From the NCBI GenBank assembly GCA_030390025.1, contig CM059432.1:65722001-65786000 (forward strand): 64,000 nt of DNA, read 5' to 3'. The stretch is from Squalus acanthias. Lineage: Eukaryota. This document shows, in pieces, positions 12,085 to 26,700 of this stretch. Both the position numbers and the translations under genes were made by a program. Within the stretch, counting starts at the first letter, position 1. Each line of letters begins with the position of its first letter. The notes beneath the pieces are model-generated. The model was given only the letters and a program-made list of their open reading frames with translations, did no database searches and had not been told where the DNA came from.

Positions 12085-15000
12085 GGTTTTATTATCGAGA
12101 TATCTTCACTGTTCTCCTCCCTCAGCCTCTGCACTGAACGACTTTTCATACTCGGTGATTTCAACCTCCATCTCAATTCATCATGCTCTCTCTCCTCTGA
12201 GTTCACCAGCCTCCTATCCTCCCTTAATCTCTCCCTCCATGTAAACTCCCCAACCCATATTCACGGCCACCCCCTTGACCGTGCTATCTCTCGTGGCCTC
12301 GCTACTCCCATTGTGTCAATCGCAGATAAGGCCATCTCTGACCACTTCCTCATATTGCTCTCCACCCACATCCCCCTTCCACCACCTCCCCCACCCAACC
12401 CTACTTCCTTCTGTGTCTGGCCCTGGAAAAAACACTCTCCCATCTCTCTTACAACTGCACTTATGAAATCCCAACTGTCCAGCCTTTGGCCCTCCATTCA
12501 CCATGACATTTCTGTAGCAACCAATTTGCTCAACCACACCCTCACCACCACCTTTGATGCCCTAGTCCCTATTAAAACAATTACTATCTCTCACCCTGGC
12601 CGCTCCCCAGGTACAGCCCTCATCTTCGCTCCCTTAAGTCCAAGGGACGCAGACTTGAATGCATATGGCGGACAACTGGTTTAGCCATTCACTACCAGAT
12701 CTAGCTGGACCACATAAAGCATTATCAGGTCCTGCTCTCGTCTGCCAAAATTGCTCACTATTCCAGAACATACGAACATATGAATTAGGAGCAGGAATAG
12801 GCCACTCGGCCCTTCAAGCCTGCGCCGCCATTCAATAAGATCATGGCTGATCCGGTTACTCCACATTCCCGCCTACCCCCGATAACTTTTCACCCCCTTG
12901 CTTACCAAGAATCTATCGACCTCTGCCTTAAAAATATTCAAAGACTCTGCTTCCACCGCCCTCTGAGGAAGGGAGTTCCAAAGACTCACGACCCTCTGAG
13001 AAAAAAATTCTCCTCATCTCGGTCTTAAAATGGGCGACCCCTTATTTTTAAACAGTGACCCCTAGTTCTAGATTCTCCCACTAGAGGAAACATCCTCTCC
13101 ACATCCACCCTGTCCAGACCCCTCAGGATCTTATATGTTTCAATCAAGTCACCTCTTACTCTTCTAAACTCCAACGGATACAAGCCTAGCCTGTCCAACC
13201 TTTCCTCATAAGACAACCCGCCCATTCCAGGTATTAGTCCAGTAAACCTTCTCTGAACTGCTTCCAATGCATTTACATCCTTCCTTAAATAAGGAGACCA
13301 ATACTGTACACAGTACTCCAGATGTGGTCTCACCAATGCCCTGTATAACTGAAGCATAACCTCCCTACTTTTGTATTCAATTCCCCTCGCAATAAACAAT
13401 AACATTGTTAGCTTTCCTAATTACTTGCTGTGCCTGCATAGTAACCTTTTGCGATTCATGAACTAGGACACCCAGATCCCTCTGCATCTCAGAGCTCTGC
13501 AATCTCTCACCATTTAGATAATATGCTTCTTTATTCTTCCTACCAAAATGGACAACTTCACATTTTCCCACATTATACTCCATTTGGCAGATCTTTGCCC
13601 ACTCACTTAACCTATCTATATCCCTTTGTAACCTCTATGTCCTCTTCACAATTTACTTTCCTACCTATCTTTGTGTCATTAGCAAATTTAGCAACCATGC
13701 CTTCGGTCCCTTCATCCAAGTCATTTATATAAATTGTAAAAAGTTGAGGCGCCAGCACTGATCCCTGTGGCACACCACTGGTTACATCTTGCCAATCAGA
13801 AAATGACCCATTTATGCCTACTCTCTGTTTTCTGTTAGCTAGCCAATCTTCTATCCATGCCAATATGTTACCCCCTACACCATGAGCTTTTATTTTCCGC
13901 AATAACCTTTGATGTGGCACCTTATCAAATGCCTTCTGGAAATCTAAGTACAGTACATCCACTGGTTCCCCTTTATCCACAGCGCATGTTACTTCCTCAA
14001 AGAACTCCAATAAATTGGTTAAACATGATTTCCCTTGCACAAAACCATGTTGACTCTGCCTGATTACTTTGAACTTTTCTAAGTGCCCTGCTATAACGTC
14101 TTTAATAATAGCTTCTAACATCTTCCCTATGACAGACGTTAAGCTAACTGGCCTGTAGTTTCCTGCTTTCTGTCTCCCTCCCTTTTTGAATAAAGGAGTT
14201 ACATTCGCTATTTTCCAATCTAATGGAACCTTCCCTGAATCTAGGGAATTTTGGAAAATTAAAACCAACGCATCAACTATCTCACTAGCCACTTCTTTTA
14301 AGACCCTAGGATGAAGTCCATCAGGACCAGGGGACTTGTCAGCCCGCAGCTCCAACAATTTGCTCAGTACCACTTCCCTGGTGATTATAATTTTCTTGAG
14401 TTCCTCCCTCCCTTCTATTTCCTGATTTACAGCTATTTCTGGGATGTTACTATCCTCTGTAGTGAAGACTGATGCAAAATACCTGTTCAATTCAACTGCC
14501 ATCTCCTTATTTTCCATTATTAATTCCCCAGACTCACTTTTTATAGGACCAACGCTCACTGTTAACTTTTTTAAATATCTATAGAAACTCTTACTATCTG
14601 TTTTTATATTTCTAGCTAGCTTTCTCTCGTACTCTAATTTTTCTCTCTTTATTAATCTTTTAGTCATTCTTTGCTGTTTTTTATATTCTGTTCAATCTTC
14701 TGACCTGCCACCCATCTTTGCACAATTATATGCTTTTTCTTTAAGTTTAATACTATCTTTAACTTTTTTAGTTAACCACGGATGGTGAGTCCTCCCCTTG
14801 GAATTTTTCTTTCTTGTTGGAATGTATATATTCTGTGTATTTTGAAATATCTCCTTAAATGTCTGCCACTGCAACTCTATTGACCTATCCCTTAACCTAA
14901 TTTGCCAGTTCACTTTAGCTAGCTCTGCTTTCATGCCCTCATAATTGCCCTTATTTAAGTTTAAAATACTAGTCTTGGACCCACTCTTCTCTCTCTCAAA

Positions 15001-17871
15001 CTGAATGTAAAATTCAATCATATTATGATCGCTGCTACCTAGGGGCGCCTTCACTATGAGGTCATTAATTAATCCTATCTCGTTGCACAATACCAGGTCT
15101 AGTTTAGCCTGCTCTCTGGTTGGCTCCAGAATGTGCTGTTGTAAGAAATTATCCCGAAAACATTCCATGAACTCCTCATCTATGCTACCTTTGCCCATCT
15201 GATTTTTCCAGTCTATATGCAGATTAAAATCCCCCATGATTATTGCCGTATCCTTCTGACAAGCTCCCATTATTTCTTCCTTTATACTCCATCCTACCAT
15301 GTGGTTACTGTTAGGGGGCCTGTACACCACTCCCACAAGTGACTTCTAGCCTTTATTATTTCTCATCTCTACCCAAACCGCTTCTAAATCCTGGTTTCCT
15401 GAACTTAGGTCATCCCTCTCTATTGTGCTAATACCATCATTAATTAACAGAGCCACCCCTCCACCTGTTCCCACCTTCCTGTCCTTCCTAAATGTCATGT
15501 ACCCTTCAATATTCAGGACCCAATCTATGTCATCCTGCAGCCATGTTTCTGTAATGGCGATCAGATCATATTTATTTATTTATATTTGTGCTATCAGTTC
15601 ATCTGTTTTGTTTCGAATGCTACGTGCATTCAGATGCAGAGCCTTTAGTTTTGTCCTTTTATTATTTTTGTAACCTCTAGCCTTATCTGTTGATTTACTC
15701 TTAGATTTGTGTACTCTATCCCTTCCTGTCATGGTCTGTTTATCATTTCCCATATTAATACCTTTCTCTATTGCCTTGTCTCTAATCTTTCAATTACCAC
15801 ATCTTCCCAAATTTGATCCCATGCCCCCAATATTTAGTTTAAAGCCCTCTCTACCACCCTAGTTATACGACTCGCCAGAACACTGGTCCCAGCACGGTTC
15901 AGGTGCAGACCGTCCCAACGATACAGATACCACTTTCCCCAGTACTGGTGCCGGTGCCCCAGGAATTGAAACCCATTTCCCCATTATCATTCTGGAATGC
16001 AAAGATAAACTCTGGCTCCTATTCTCTACTGCTAACCGTCTTCTTAAACCCCTCTCCCCTGTCTCCTCCACCCTCACCTCCGACAAGAAGTATGAGGAGC
16101 TCATGGACCTCTTTGTCTCCAAGATTGTGACCATCCGTTCAGCTGTCTCTGCCACTTCCCTTCCACCGAGCCAAACTTCCTCTAAGGTTCCTCCTGCCCT
16201 AGCCCTGAACTCACATCTTTCTCCAATTTCTCCCTCATGACCTCTCTGCGCTAATCTTGTCTATGAGACCCACCTCCTGCTCCCTCGACCCTATTCCCAC
16301 CAAACTGCTGACCACCCAACTTCCTTTTCTGGCTCGAATGTTAGCTGACATTGTTAACAGTTCTCTCTCCTCAGGTACCGTCCTCCTCTCCATTCAAATC
16401 TGCTGTCATCACCTCTCCTCAAAAAAAAAACCCTTGACCCCTCCGTTCTTGCAAACTGCCACCCCATCCCCAACCTCCCTTTCCTCTCCAAAGTCCTTGA
16501 ATGTGTTGTCGCCTCCCAAATCCGTGCCCATCTTTCCCGCAATTCCATGTTTGAATCCCTCTAATAAGGTTTCTGCCCTTACCACAGTACCGAAACTGCT
16601 CTCATCAAAGTCACAAATGACATCCTTTGTGACTGTGACAAACGTAAACTATCTCTCCTAGTCCATCTTGACTTGTCTGCAGCCTTTGACATGGTTGACC
16701 ACTCCATCCTTCTCCAACGCCTCTCCACCGTCGTCCAGCTGGGTGGGACTGCACTCGCCTGGTTCCATTCTTATCTATCTAGTTGCAGCCAGAGAATCAG
16801 CTGCAACGGCTTCTCATCCCGCTCCCACATCGTTACCTCTGGTGTCCCCCAAGGATCTATCATTGGCCTCTCCTATTTCTCATCTACATGTTGCCCCTTG
16901 GCGACATCATCTGAAAACAGAGAGTCAGTTTCCACATGTACGCTGACGACACCCAGCTCTACCTCACTACCACTTCTCTCAACCCCTCGACGGTCTACAA
17001 GTTGTTACACTGCTTGTCCGACATCCAGTTCTGGATGAGCAGAAATTTTCTCCAATTAAATATTGGGAAGACCAAAGCCATTGTTTTCGGTCCCCGCCAC
17101 AAACTCCATCCCTCTCCCTAATATCTGTCCGAGGCTGAACCACACTGTTCGCAACCTTGGTGTCATATTTGACCCTAAAATGAAGTTCCGACCAGCATAA
17201 CTAAGAACGCCTATTTCTACCTCTGTAACATCACCCGTCTCCGCCCTTGCCTCAGCTCATCCACTGCTGAAACCCTCATCCATGCCTTTGTTACCTCTAG
17301 ACTTGACTATTCCAACACACTCCTGGCTGGCCTCCCACATTCTACCCTACATAAACTTGAGGTCATCCAAAACTCGGCTGCCCGTGTCCTAACTCGCACC
17401 ATGTCCTGTTCACCCATCACCCCTGTGCTCGCTGACCGACATTGGCTCCCGGTTAAGCAACACCTCGATTTCAAAATTCTCATCCTTGTTTTCAAATCCC
17501 TCCATGGCCTCGCCCCTCCCGATCTCTGTAATCTCCTTCAGCCCCACAACCCCCGAGATATCTGCACTCCTCTAATTCTGCCCTCTTTAGCATCCCTGAT
17601 TATGATCGCTCAACCATTGGCGGCCGTGCCTTCTGTTGCCTCGGCCCAAAGCTCTGGAATTCCCTGCCTAAAACTCTCCGCCTCACTACCTCTCTTTCCT
17701 CCTTTAAGACGCTCCTTAAAACCTACCTCTTTGACCAAGCTTTTGGTCACCTGCCCTAATTTCTCCTTATGTGGTTCGGTGTCAAATATTTTGTCTTTTA
17801 ATACTCCTGTGAAGTGCCTTGGGACGTTTTACTATGTTAAAGGCGCTATATAAATACAAGTTGTTGTTGTT
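12085..17871 (+). mobile_element. L2 LINE (endonuclease + RT + 3' tail), split by a CR1 insertion at 12767-15985
   Basis: ILGDFNLH, ISDHF endonuclease motifs (12085-12766); resumes ~15986 with DLSAAFDMVDH, GVPQGS, MYADDTQLY; ends aaaggcgctatataaatacaagttgttgttgtt. Confidence 0.92.
12767..15985 (-). mobile_element. CR1 LINE with near-complete ORF2 and 3' end of an esterase-type ORF1
   Basis: ORFs 14692-15336 (EN), 13612-14667 (RT), 13025-13583; upstream WDGLHLNRAGTSVLA (SGNH-like); 3' tail tatgttcgtatgtt. Frameshifts/stops present. Confidence 0.95.
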
Positions 17872-17879
17872 ATAGCCCA

Positions 17880-18280
17880 GGGGCACGGGAGAGATATTTG
17901 GGGGGGGGGGATGGGGGAGAAACGATGGTGTGCTTTAATCACAAGGTCGAGAATTTTAAATGAGTCATTGGGGGACTAGAAGCCAATGCAGGTCAGCAAG
18001 CACAATGGACGAGCAGGATTTAGTATGGAATAAAATATGGGAAGCAATATTTTGGATGAGCTGAAGTTTACGGAGGGTGGAAGTTGAGAGGCCAGCCAGG
18101 AGAGTATTGGAATAGCCAAGTCTGGAGGTGACAATGGAACAGATGAGGATTTTAGCAGCAGAAAGATTGGGGGAGAGTCGTAGGCAGCCAATATAACTGA
18201 GGTGGAAGTACGCAAATTTTGTGATGGAGGGATATGCAGTCAGAAGCTCAGCTCAGGGTTGAATAGTATGCGGAGTGTTC
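17880..18280 (-). mobile_element. Decayed L2 fragment
   Basis: Reverse-complement similarity to 17150-17500 (gtcacctccagacttggctattccaatactctcctggctggcctc). Confidence 0.75.
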
Positions 18281-18955
18281 AACACTTCAACAAGGTAGCT
18301 GGCTGGGCAACCAGAGCATCACTTTTGAAGTAAGTATACATATTTTGTAATTGCTTTACGTATTAGGAAGATGGAACTTTAAGATGAATCTTGAGACTAA
18401 TCAAATAACTAGGGCGATAGATAGGCTTTAAACTAATGAGGGGGGTGGAGGGTTCAGATAAGGGTAAATTTATATGTCTGAAGAGAAAAGTCAAGGCTGC
18501 AGAGCAGAGTAGCAATTTGGGTAAAATCAAGCAGATTGTGTCAAGCAGGGACAGAAAGTTTAATAACGATAATAGGACATTAGCGAGTAAGGCCACATCA
18601 GGGAAAAATAGTAAAAAGTAAAAATTAAAGGCGTTATATCTGAATGCATGAAACATTTGTAACAAGATAGATGAATTAATGGCAGAAGAGATAAATGGAT
18701 TTTATCTAGTAATCATTTGTAAGACGTGGCTGCAGGGTGATCACGGTTGGGACCCAAGTATTCCATGGTATTTGACTTTTAGCAAAGACAGGCAAAATTG
18801 AAAAGAAGGTGGGGTAGCCCCTCATAATAAAGGATGAGATAAAGGCAGGAGGGAGAAAGCATCTTAGCCCAGAAAATCAGGACGTAGAATCAGGATGGGT
18901 GGAGATGAGAAATAACAGAGCAGAAAACATTGGTAGTAGTAGTTCATAGGTCCCT

Positions 18956-19872
18956 TAGGAGCGAGTTGGCTAAGATAGATTGGGAAACTACATTAAAAGG
19001 TATGACGGTAGACAAGCAATGGCTAGCATTTAAAGAATTAATACATAATTTATAACAAATATATATTTCTTTAAGGCACAAAAACCCCACAGGAGAAGTG
19101 GTCCAACCGTGGCTAACAAGAGAAGTTAAAGGCAGTATTAGATCAAAGGAAGAGGCTTATAATGTTGCCAAAAAGAGTAGTAAGCCTGAGGATTGGGAGG
19201 ATTTTAGAATTCAGTAAAGGAGGACCAAGAAATTGATAAAGAAAGGGAAAATAGAATATTAGAGTAAACTAGCGAGCGACATAAAAACAGACTGTAAAAG
19301 CTTCTGTTGGTATGTAAAAAGGAAAAGATTAGCAAAAGTAAATGTGGGTCCCTTACAGGCTGAGACAGGAGAAATTATAATGGGGAATAAGGAAATTGCA
19401 GAGAAATTAAACAAATACTTTGGGCTGGATTTTCATAGGGCCGTGGAGGTGGGTTTGGAGGCGTGTGGGGGGTTAAAATTGCGAAAAGTGGCGGGCGGAC
19501 CTGATCCCGCCTCCATGCAATTTTGATAAAATCGTGTGCGGTGTTCCCGACTCCGTCCCGCCTCCAAGAGGTGGGAGAGGCCATTAAAGCCCTTAACAAG
19601 CCCTAAATTAGGTCTGTAATGCCATTTTGAAACGTTTTAGCTAGTTTAACCCTTTTCCCACGTGAAGCACGCCTGATGTGAAACACGCCAGTGAAACCTG
19701 GCAGGAGCATAAGTGGATAGCTGACTATCAGCTGCAGGTCCACTATTACAACGGAGATGTGATGAAGGTAGTAGTAGTATTAGGTGTGAAAGTCGCCTCT
19801 GATGCTGCTGCATTGAATGTCTTCAGAGACTGCCTGGCCTTTGCTGTGAGAGGACCTGGATGCAAAAAACAT

Positions 19873-19904
<32 letters not shown>

Positions 19905-21852
19905 AGGCCAGGCCATCTCTGAAGACCTTCAATGCAGCAGCAATGATGACATCATCAGAGGCGACTTTCAGACTGAAACCACTAATTGGTTCATGGGTTC
20001 CCACATGCTGGAACTCAATTGCCCAATTAGGTGAAAATTGCTTCAATCTCCCACATCCAATTGCAGTCGGGTGGATAACACGAAATGCGGATGACACGAC
20101 CCCAACCCGCCCCAGTATCAAAATCCAGCCCTTTGTGTCTGTCTTCATGGAAGAAGATGCAAAAAAAACTTCGGGAAATAGTGGTGAACCAAGACTCTAG
20201 CTAGAATGAGGAACTGAAAGAAATTAGTAAAAAAATAGTATTGCAGAAATTAATGGGACTGAAAGCCGATAATTCCCCTGGACCCGATTGCCTACATCCT
20301 AAGGTTTTGAAAGAGGTGGCTATAGAGATAGTGGATGCATTGGTTGTCATTTTCCAAAATTCAATAGATTCTAGAACGGTTCCCGCGGATTGGAAGGTAG
20401 CAAATGTAACCCCACTATTTAAGAAAGGGAGAGAGAAAATGGGGAACTACAGACCAGTTAGCCTGACATCAGTAGTAGGGAAAATGCTAGAATTGATTAT
20501 TAAGGACGTGCTAACAGAGGACTTAGAAAATAATAATAGGATTGGGCAGAGTCAACACGGATTTATGAAAGGGAAATAGTGTTTGACAAATCTGTTTTTA
20601 AGGTTGTAACTAGCAGAATAGATAAGGGGGAACCAGTGGATGTGGTGTATTTGGATTTTCAGAAGGCATTCGAGAAGGTGTCACACAAGTGGTTATTAAA
20701 CAAAATTAGGGCTCATGGGATTGGGGGTAATATAATAACATGGATTGAGAATTGGTTAACGGACAGAAAACAGAGAGCAGGAATAAATGGGCAATTTTCA
20801 GGTTGGCAGGCTGTAACTAGTGGGGTACCACAAGGATCAGTGCTTGGGCCTCAGCTATTCACAATCTACATCAATGATTTGGATGAGGGGACCAAATGTA
20901 ATATATCCAAGTTTGCTGATGATACAAAACTGGGTGGGAATGTAAGTTGTGAGGCGGATGCAAGGAGGCTTCAATGGGATATAGACAAGTTAAGTGAATG
21001 GGCAAGAACATGGCAAATGGAATATAATGTGGAGAAATGTGAAGTTATCCACTTTAGTAGGAAAAATAGAAAAGCAGAGTATTTTTTTTTAATGGAGAGA
21101 GATTGGGAAATGTTGTTGTTCAGAGGGACCTGGGTGTCCTTGTACACCAATCACAAAGTTAACATGCAGGTACAGCAAGCAATTAGGAAAGCAAATGGTA
21201 TGTTGGCCTTTATTACAAGAGAATTTGAGTATAAGAGTAAAGACGTCTTTCTGCAATTATATAGGGCCCTGGTGAGCCCACACCTGGAGTACTGTATGCA
21301 GTTTTGGTCTCCTTACCCAAGGAAGGATATACTTGCCAGAGAGGGAGTGCAACGAAGAGTCACCAGACTGGTTCCTGGGATGGGGGGGGGGGGGGGATTG
21401 TCCTATGAGGAGAGATTGAGTAGACTAGGCCTATATTCTCCAGAGTTTAGAAGAATGAGAGGGGATCTCATTGAAACATACAAAATTCTTACATTGCTTG
21501 ACAGGGTAGATGCAGGGAGGATGTTTCCCCTCACTGGGAAGTCTAGAACCAGGGGTCACAGTCTCAGAATAAGGGGTCGGCCATTTCGGACTGAGATGAG
21601 GAGAAATTTCTTCACTCAGAGGGTGGTGAATCTTTGGAATTCTCTACCCCAGAGGGCTGTGGAGGCTCAGTCGTAGAGTATATTCAAGACAGAGATCGAT
21701 AGATTTTTGAATATTAATGGAATCAAGGGATATGGGGATAGTGCAGGAAAGTGGAGATGAGGTAGAAGATCAGCCATGATCTTATTGAATGGCGGAGCAG
21801 GCTCGAAGGGCCAAATGGCCTACTCCTGCTCCTGTTTTTTATGTTCTGATGT
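18956..21852 (+). mobile_element. 5'-truncated CR1 LINE nested in CR1 A
   Basis: ORFs 20241-20579 and 20579-21676 (RT); 3' tail cctactcctgctcct...tatgttctgatgtt. Confidence 0.92.
19422..20131. mobile_element. Harbinger-type MITE (710 bp), copy 1
   Basis: 12-bp TIR gggctggatttt/aaaatccagccc; 3-bp TSD ttt; interrupts CR1 aaatacttt^gtgtctgtc. Confidence 0.9.
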
Positions 21853-23788
21853 TCCAACAGTAATCATAGTGTTAGACAGAGTATAAATCAGGAAATTAGA
21901 GGAGCTTGTTACAAGGGTAATGCGATAATCGTGGGGGGACTTTAATCTTCATATAGACTGGGGCAAACCAAATGGACAAAAGTAGCTTGGAGGACGAGTT
22001 CATGGAATGCATTCGAGTATTCTAGAACAATACGTTGTGAAACCAACCAGCAAGCAGGCAATTTTAGATCTAATATTGTGCAATGAGACCGGGTTAATTA
22101 GTAATATTGTAGTGAAGGATCCTCTGGGGAAAAGTGATCATTATATGATGCATTTCATTTTAAGTTTGAGAGTGATGTGGTTAAATCCAAAACTAGGGTC
22201 TTAAATTTAAACAAAGCCAATTATGGAGGTATGGGGGTGAGTTGGCTAAGGTAGATTGGGAAATTAGATTAAAAGATACGACAGTAGATAAGCAACGGTA
22301 AACATGTAAAGAAATAATTCATAATTCTCAACAATATACATTCCCTTTAGGAATAAAAACTCCACTGGAAAAATGGTACAGCCATGGCTAACTGGAGAAG
22401 TTATGGGTAGTATTAGATTAAAAGAGGCTAACAATGTTTCCAAAAAGTAGTAAGCCTGAGAATTGGGAGGGTTTTAAAAATCAGCAAAGAATGGCCAAGA
22501 AATTGATAAACAGGGAGAAAATAGAATGAGAGTAAACTAGCAAGAAATATAAAAACAGATTGTAAGAGCTTTTACAAGGATGTTAAAAGGAAGAGATTAG
22601 CGAAGGTAAACGTGGGTCCCTTAGAGAGGAGACATTATAATAGGGAATAAGGAAATGGCAGAGACATTATACAAATATTTTGTGTCTGTCTTCATTGTCG
22701 AAGACACAAAGATGATACTGGAAATTGCGGGGAACCAAGGGTCTAATTAATGAGGAATTTAAAGTAATTAATATTAGTCAAGAAAAAGTACTGGAGAAAT
22801 TAAATGGGACTAAAAGCTGACAAAAGGCCTGGACCTGATGGCCTACACCCTAGGGTTGAAAAGAGGTGGCTGTAGAGATAGTGGATGCATTGCTTTTGAT
22901 GTTCCAGAATTCCCTAGATTCTAGAACGGTCCCCGTGGATTGGAAGATAGCAAATGTAACCCAGCTGTTCAAGAAAATAGGGAGATAGAAAACAGGGCAC
23001 TATAGGCCAGTTAGTCCGATATCAGTAGTAGGGAAAATGCTAGAAACTATTAAGGACATGATAACAGGGCACTTGGAAAATTACAATATGATTCGGCAGA
23101 GCCAACACGGTTTTATGAATGGGAAATTGTGCTTGACAAATCTATTAAGAGTTTTTTGAAGGTGTAACTAGCAGGGTAAATAAGGGGGAAACCAGTGGAT
23201 GTAGTATATTTGGATTTTTAGAAGGCATTCAATAAGGTGCCACACAAGAGGTTGTTACACAAGATTAGGGCTCATGGGATCAGGGTAATATATCAGCATG
23301 AATTGAGGATTGGTTAATGGACAGAAAACAGAGAGCAGGAATAAACGGGCCATTTTTGGGATGGTAGGGTGTAACTAGTGGAGTGCCGCAAGGAACAGTG
23401 CTTCGGCCTCAGCTCCTTACAATCTATATCAATGACTCAGTGTAATATATCCAAGTTTTCTGACAATACAAAGCTAGGTGGGAAAGTAAGCTGTGAGGAG
23501 GACGCAAAGAGGCTGCAAAGGGATATAGACCAGTTAAGTGATCGGGCAAGAAGGTGGCAGATGGAGTATAATGTGGAGAAGTGTGAAATTATCCACTTTG
23601 GTAGGAAGAGTGGAAAAGGAGAATATTTTGTAAAAGGCGAGAGACTCGTAAATGTTGGTATTCAGAGGGATTTCGGGGCCCTTGTACATGAATCACAGAA
23701 AGTTAACATGCATGTACAGCAAGCAATTAGGAAGGCAAATGGTATGTTAGCCTTCGTTGCAAGTTTGTTGGAGTACAAGAGTAAGGAA

Positions 23789-26700
23789 GGATGGAAATTT
23801 GCCGGTGTTCAGCGGACGGGATCGGTGGTGGGTCGGCAGTTAAATATGAATTGATTGACAGCGGGTCGGGAACCCGCTGTCAAATCGCGCACACTTGCCT
23901 TTCCCGATGTTGGGTTTGCCAGCGCTGAGCAGACCCGACAGACAGCGACGGGGGAACCAATTTAAATGATTAATGGCTTCTTTACAGCCACCTAACAATG
24001 GTTCTAAAACTTACCTTTTGAATTTGACAGCTCGCCCAAGGGTTTCACGCTGTTGCTAGACCACGTCTATGAAGCTGAGGCGGGAGGTCAGTGGCCACTG
24101 AATCAGCTGATGAGTTGATAGCTTCAAATGCCAAGTAAAAGCTACCACCTGACAGAGATATCTTCCCTCAGCCACAAGCATTTCCACAACAGATTCACCA
24201 TGCTGCAAATTTTTACACAAGTCTCCATCCAGTCTGGATCGTTTCTGTCATCTGTACTTTACCTGCCATCTATTCCATCAGCATGGGTGCCCTTGAAACT
24301 CTCTCACCTTGGTCCTCAGAATTCCACAATCAGCCCCAACACCAGCAGCACCAGGCACACCAGCAACCTTCTCCGCAATCAACTGATGCTGCACAGGACA
24401 CAGGGCATCAGCACCCAACCATATTGCTGCCTGGGAGGCCAGGGATGGCCTCACCATGGGCAGATTTACTTCAGTTGACGCTGTACACCCTGGCTACCAC
24501 ATGATGTGCCAGGTTGGCACCACTCCACACCAACACCATAAAGCATCCCTACAATGCCCAAGCCATTCCTTTAACACTCATCACCATTGCAGGGGGTACC
24601 GTTATGTCTCACGATTCACTGCAACTCACTAAGCCACTTCCAAAGGTGCACACAAATCTGTCCAAGAATGCAAAGTGTTGAAAATAAAGTTTTCAATGTT
24701 TGACACCATATTAACAGAAACTTTACATGAACATTGCATAAAACACCCAAGTGCCTACCCTTGTGTGTTGCTAGTTGGTATGACTGCACTAGGACGGCAG
24801 ATCGTGATGTAGAACTGGAATCAGTTTGAGTGGAGCTAAGAAACAGCAAAGGGAGGAAAACATTGGTGGGAGTTGTGTATAGGCCACCAAACAGTAGTGG
24901 TAATGTAGGGCACAGCATTAATCAAGAAATTAGAAGTGCATGTAACAAAGGCAATACGGTAATCATGGGGGACTTTAATCCACATATTGACTGGGCAAAT
25001 AAAATTACCACTAATGGTGTGGAGGATGAATTCTTGGAATGCATGAGAGATGGTTTCCTGGATCAGTATGTGGAGGAACCAACCAGGAACAGGCTATTCT
25101 GGATCTGGTAATGTGTAATGAGAAAGGGCTAATCAATAATCTTGTGGTAAAGGGGCCTTTAGGGACAAGTGACCATAATATGATTGAATTTTATATTAAG
25201 TTTGAGAGTGATGTAGTCCAATCTGAAACTAAGGTCTTCAATCTAAACAGAGGAAACTACAAGGATATGAGGGCCAAGTTGGCCATGGTAGATTGGGAGA
25301 CTACACTAAATGGTATGAAGGTGGACATACAATGGCTAACATTCAAGGAAATAATGCATAATTTGCAACAAACATATATTCCTCGAGGGCATAAAAACCC
25401 AAAAGGAAAAGTGATCCAACCATGGCTAACAAAAGAAATTAAAGCTAGTATTAAGTCAAAGGAGGAAGCTTATAAAGTTGCCAGAAAAAGCGGTCAGCCT
25501 GAGGATTGGGATCTTTTTAGAAATCAGCAAAGGGGGACCAAGAAATTGATAAAGAAAGGGAAAATGGAATATGAGCACAAACTAGCGAAAAATATAAAAA
25601 TGGATTGTAAAAGCTTCTATAGGTATGTGAAAAGGAAAAGACTGGCAAAGGTAAATGTAGGTCCTTTACAGTCGGAGATGGAAGAATTTATAATGGGGAA
25701 TGAGGAAATGGCAGTGAAATTAAATAAATACTTTGTTTCTGTCTTCACGGAGGAAGACACAAAAAACCTCCCAGAAATACGAGAAAACCAAGGGTGTGGC
25801 TAGATTGAGGAACTTACAAAAATTAGTAAAAAAACAGTACTAGCAAAATTAATGGGACTAAAAGCCGATAAATCCCAAGGACCGGATGACCTACATCCTA
25901 GGGTTTTGAAAGAGGTGGCCATTGGGATAGTGGACGCATTGGTTGTCATCTTCCAGAATCTATAGAATTTTGGAACGGTTCCTGCAGATTGGAGGATAGC
26001 AAATGTAACCCCACTATTTAAGAAAGGAGGGAGAGGGGAAACGGGGAACTACAGACCTGTTAGCCTCACATCAGTAGTTGGGAAAATGCTGGAATCTATT
26101 ATAAAGGATGCAATAACTGGGCACTTAGAAACTAATAGTAAGATTGGGCAGAGTCAGCATGGATTTATGAAAGGGAAATCCTGTTTGACAAACCTATTGG
26201 AGTTCTTTGAGGATGTAACTAGTGGAGTAGACAAAGGGGAACCAGTAGATGTGGAGTATTTGGATTTTCAGAAGGCCTTCGATAAGGTCCCACACAAGAG
26301 GTTGGTGAACAAAATTAGGGCACATGGAAATGGGGGCAATATACTAGCATGGATTGAGAATTGGTTAACAGACAGAAAACAAAGAGTAGGGATAAACGGG
26401 TCTTTTTCAGGATGGCAGGCTGTGACTAGTGGAGTACCGCAAGGATCGGTGCTTGAGCCCCAGCTATTCACAATCTATATCAATAATTTGGAGGAGGGGA
26501 CTAAATGTAACATTTCCAAATTTGCTGATGATACAAAGCTAGGTGGCAGTGTCAGTTGTGAAGAGGATGTGAAGAGTCTTCAGGGGATCTCGACAGGCTC
26601 AGGTGAGTGGGCGAGAACATGGCAGATGGAATATAATGTGGATAAATGTGAAGTTATCCACTTTGGCAGAAAAAACAGAAAGGCAGAGTATTTCCTAAAT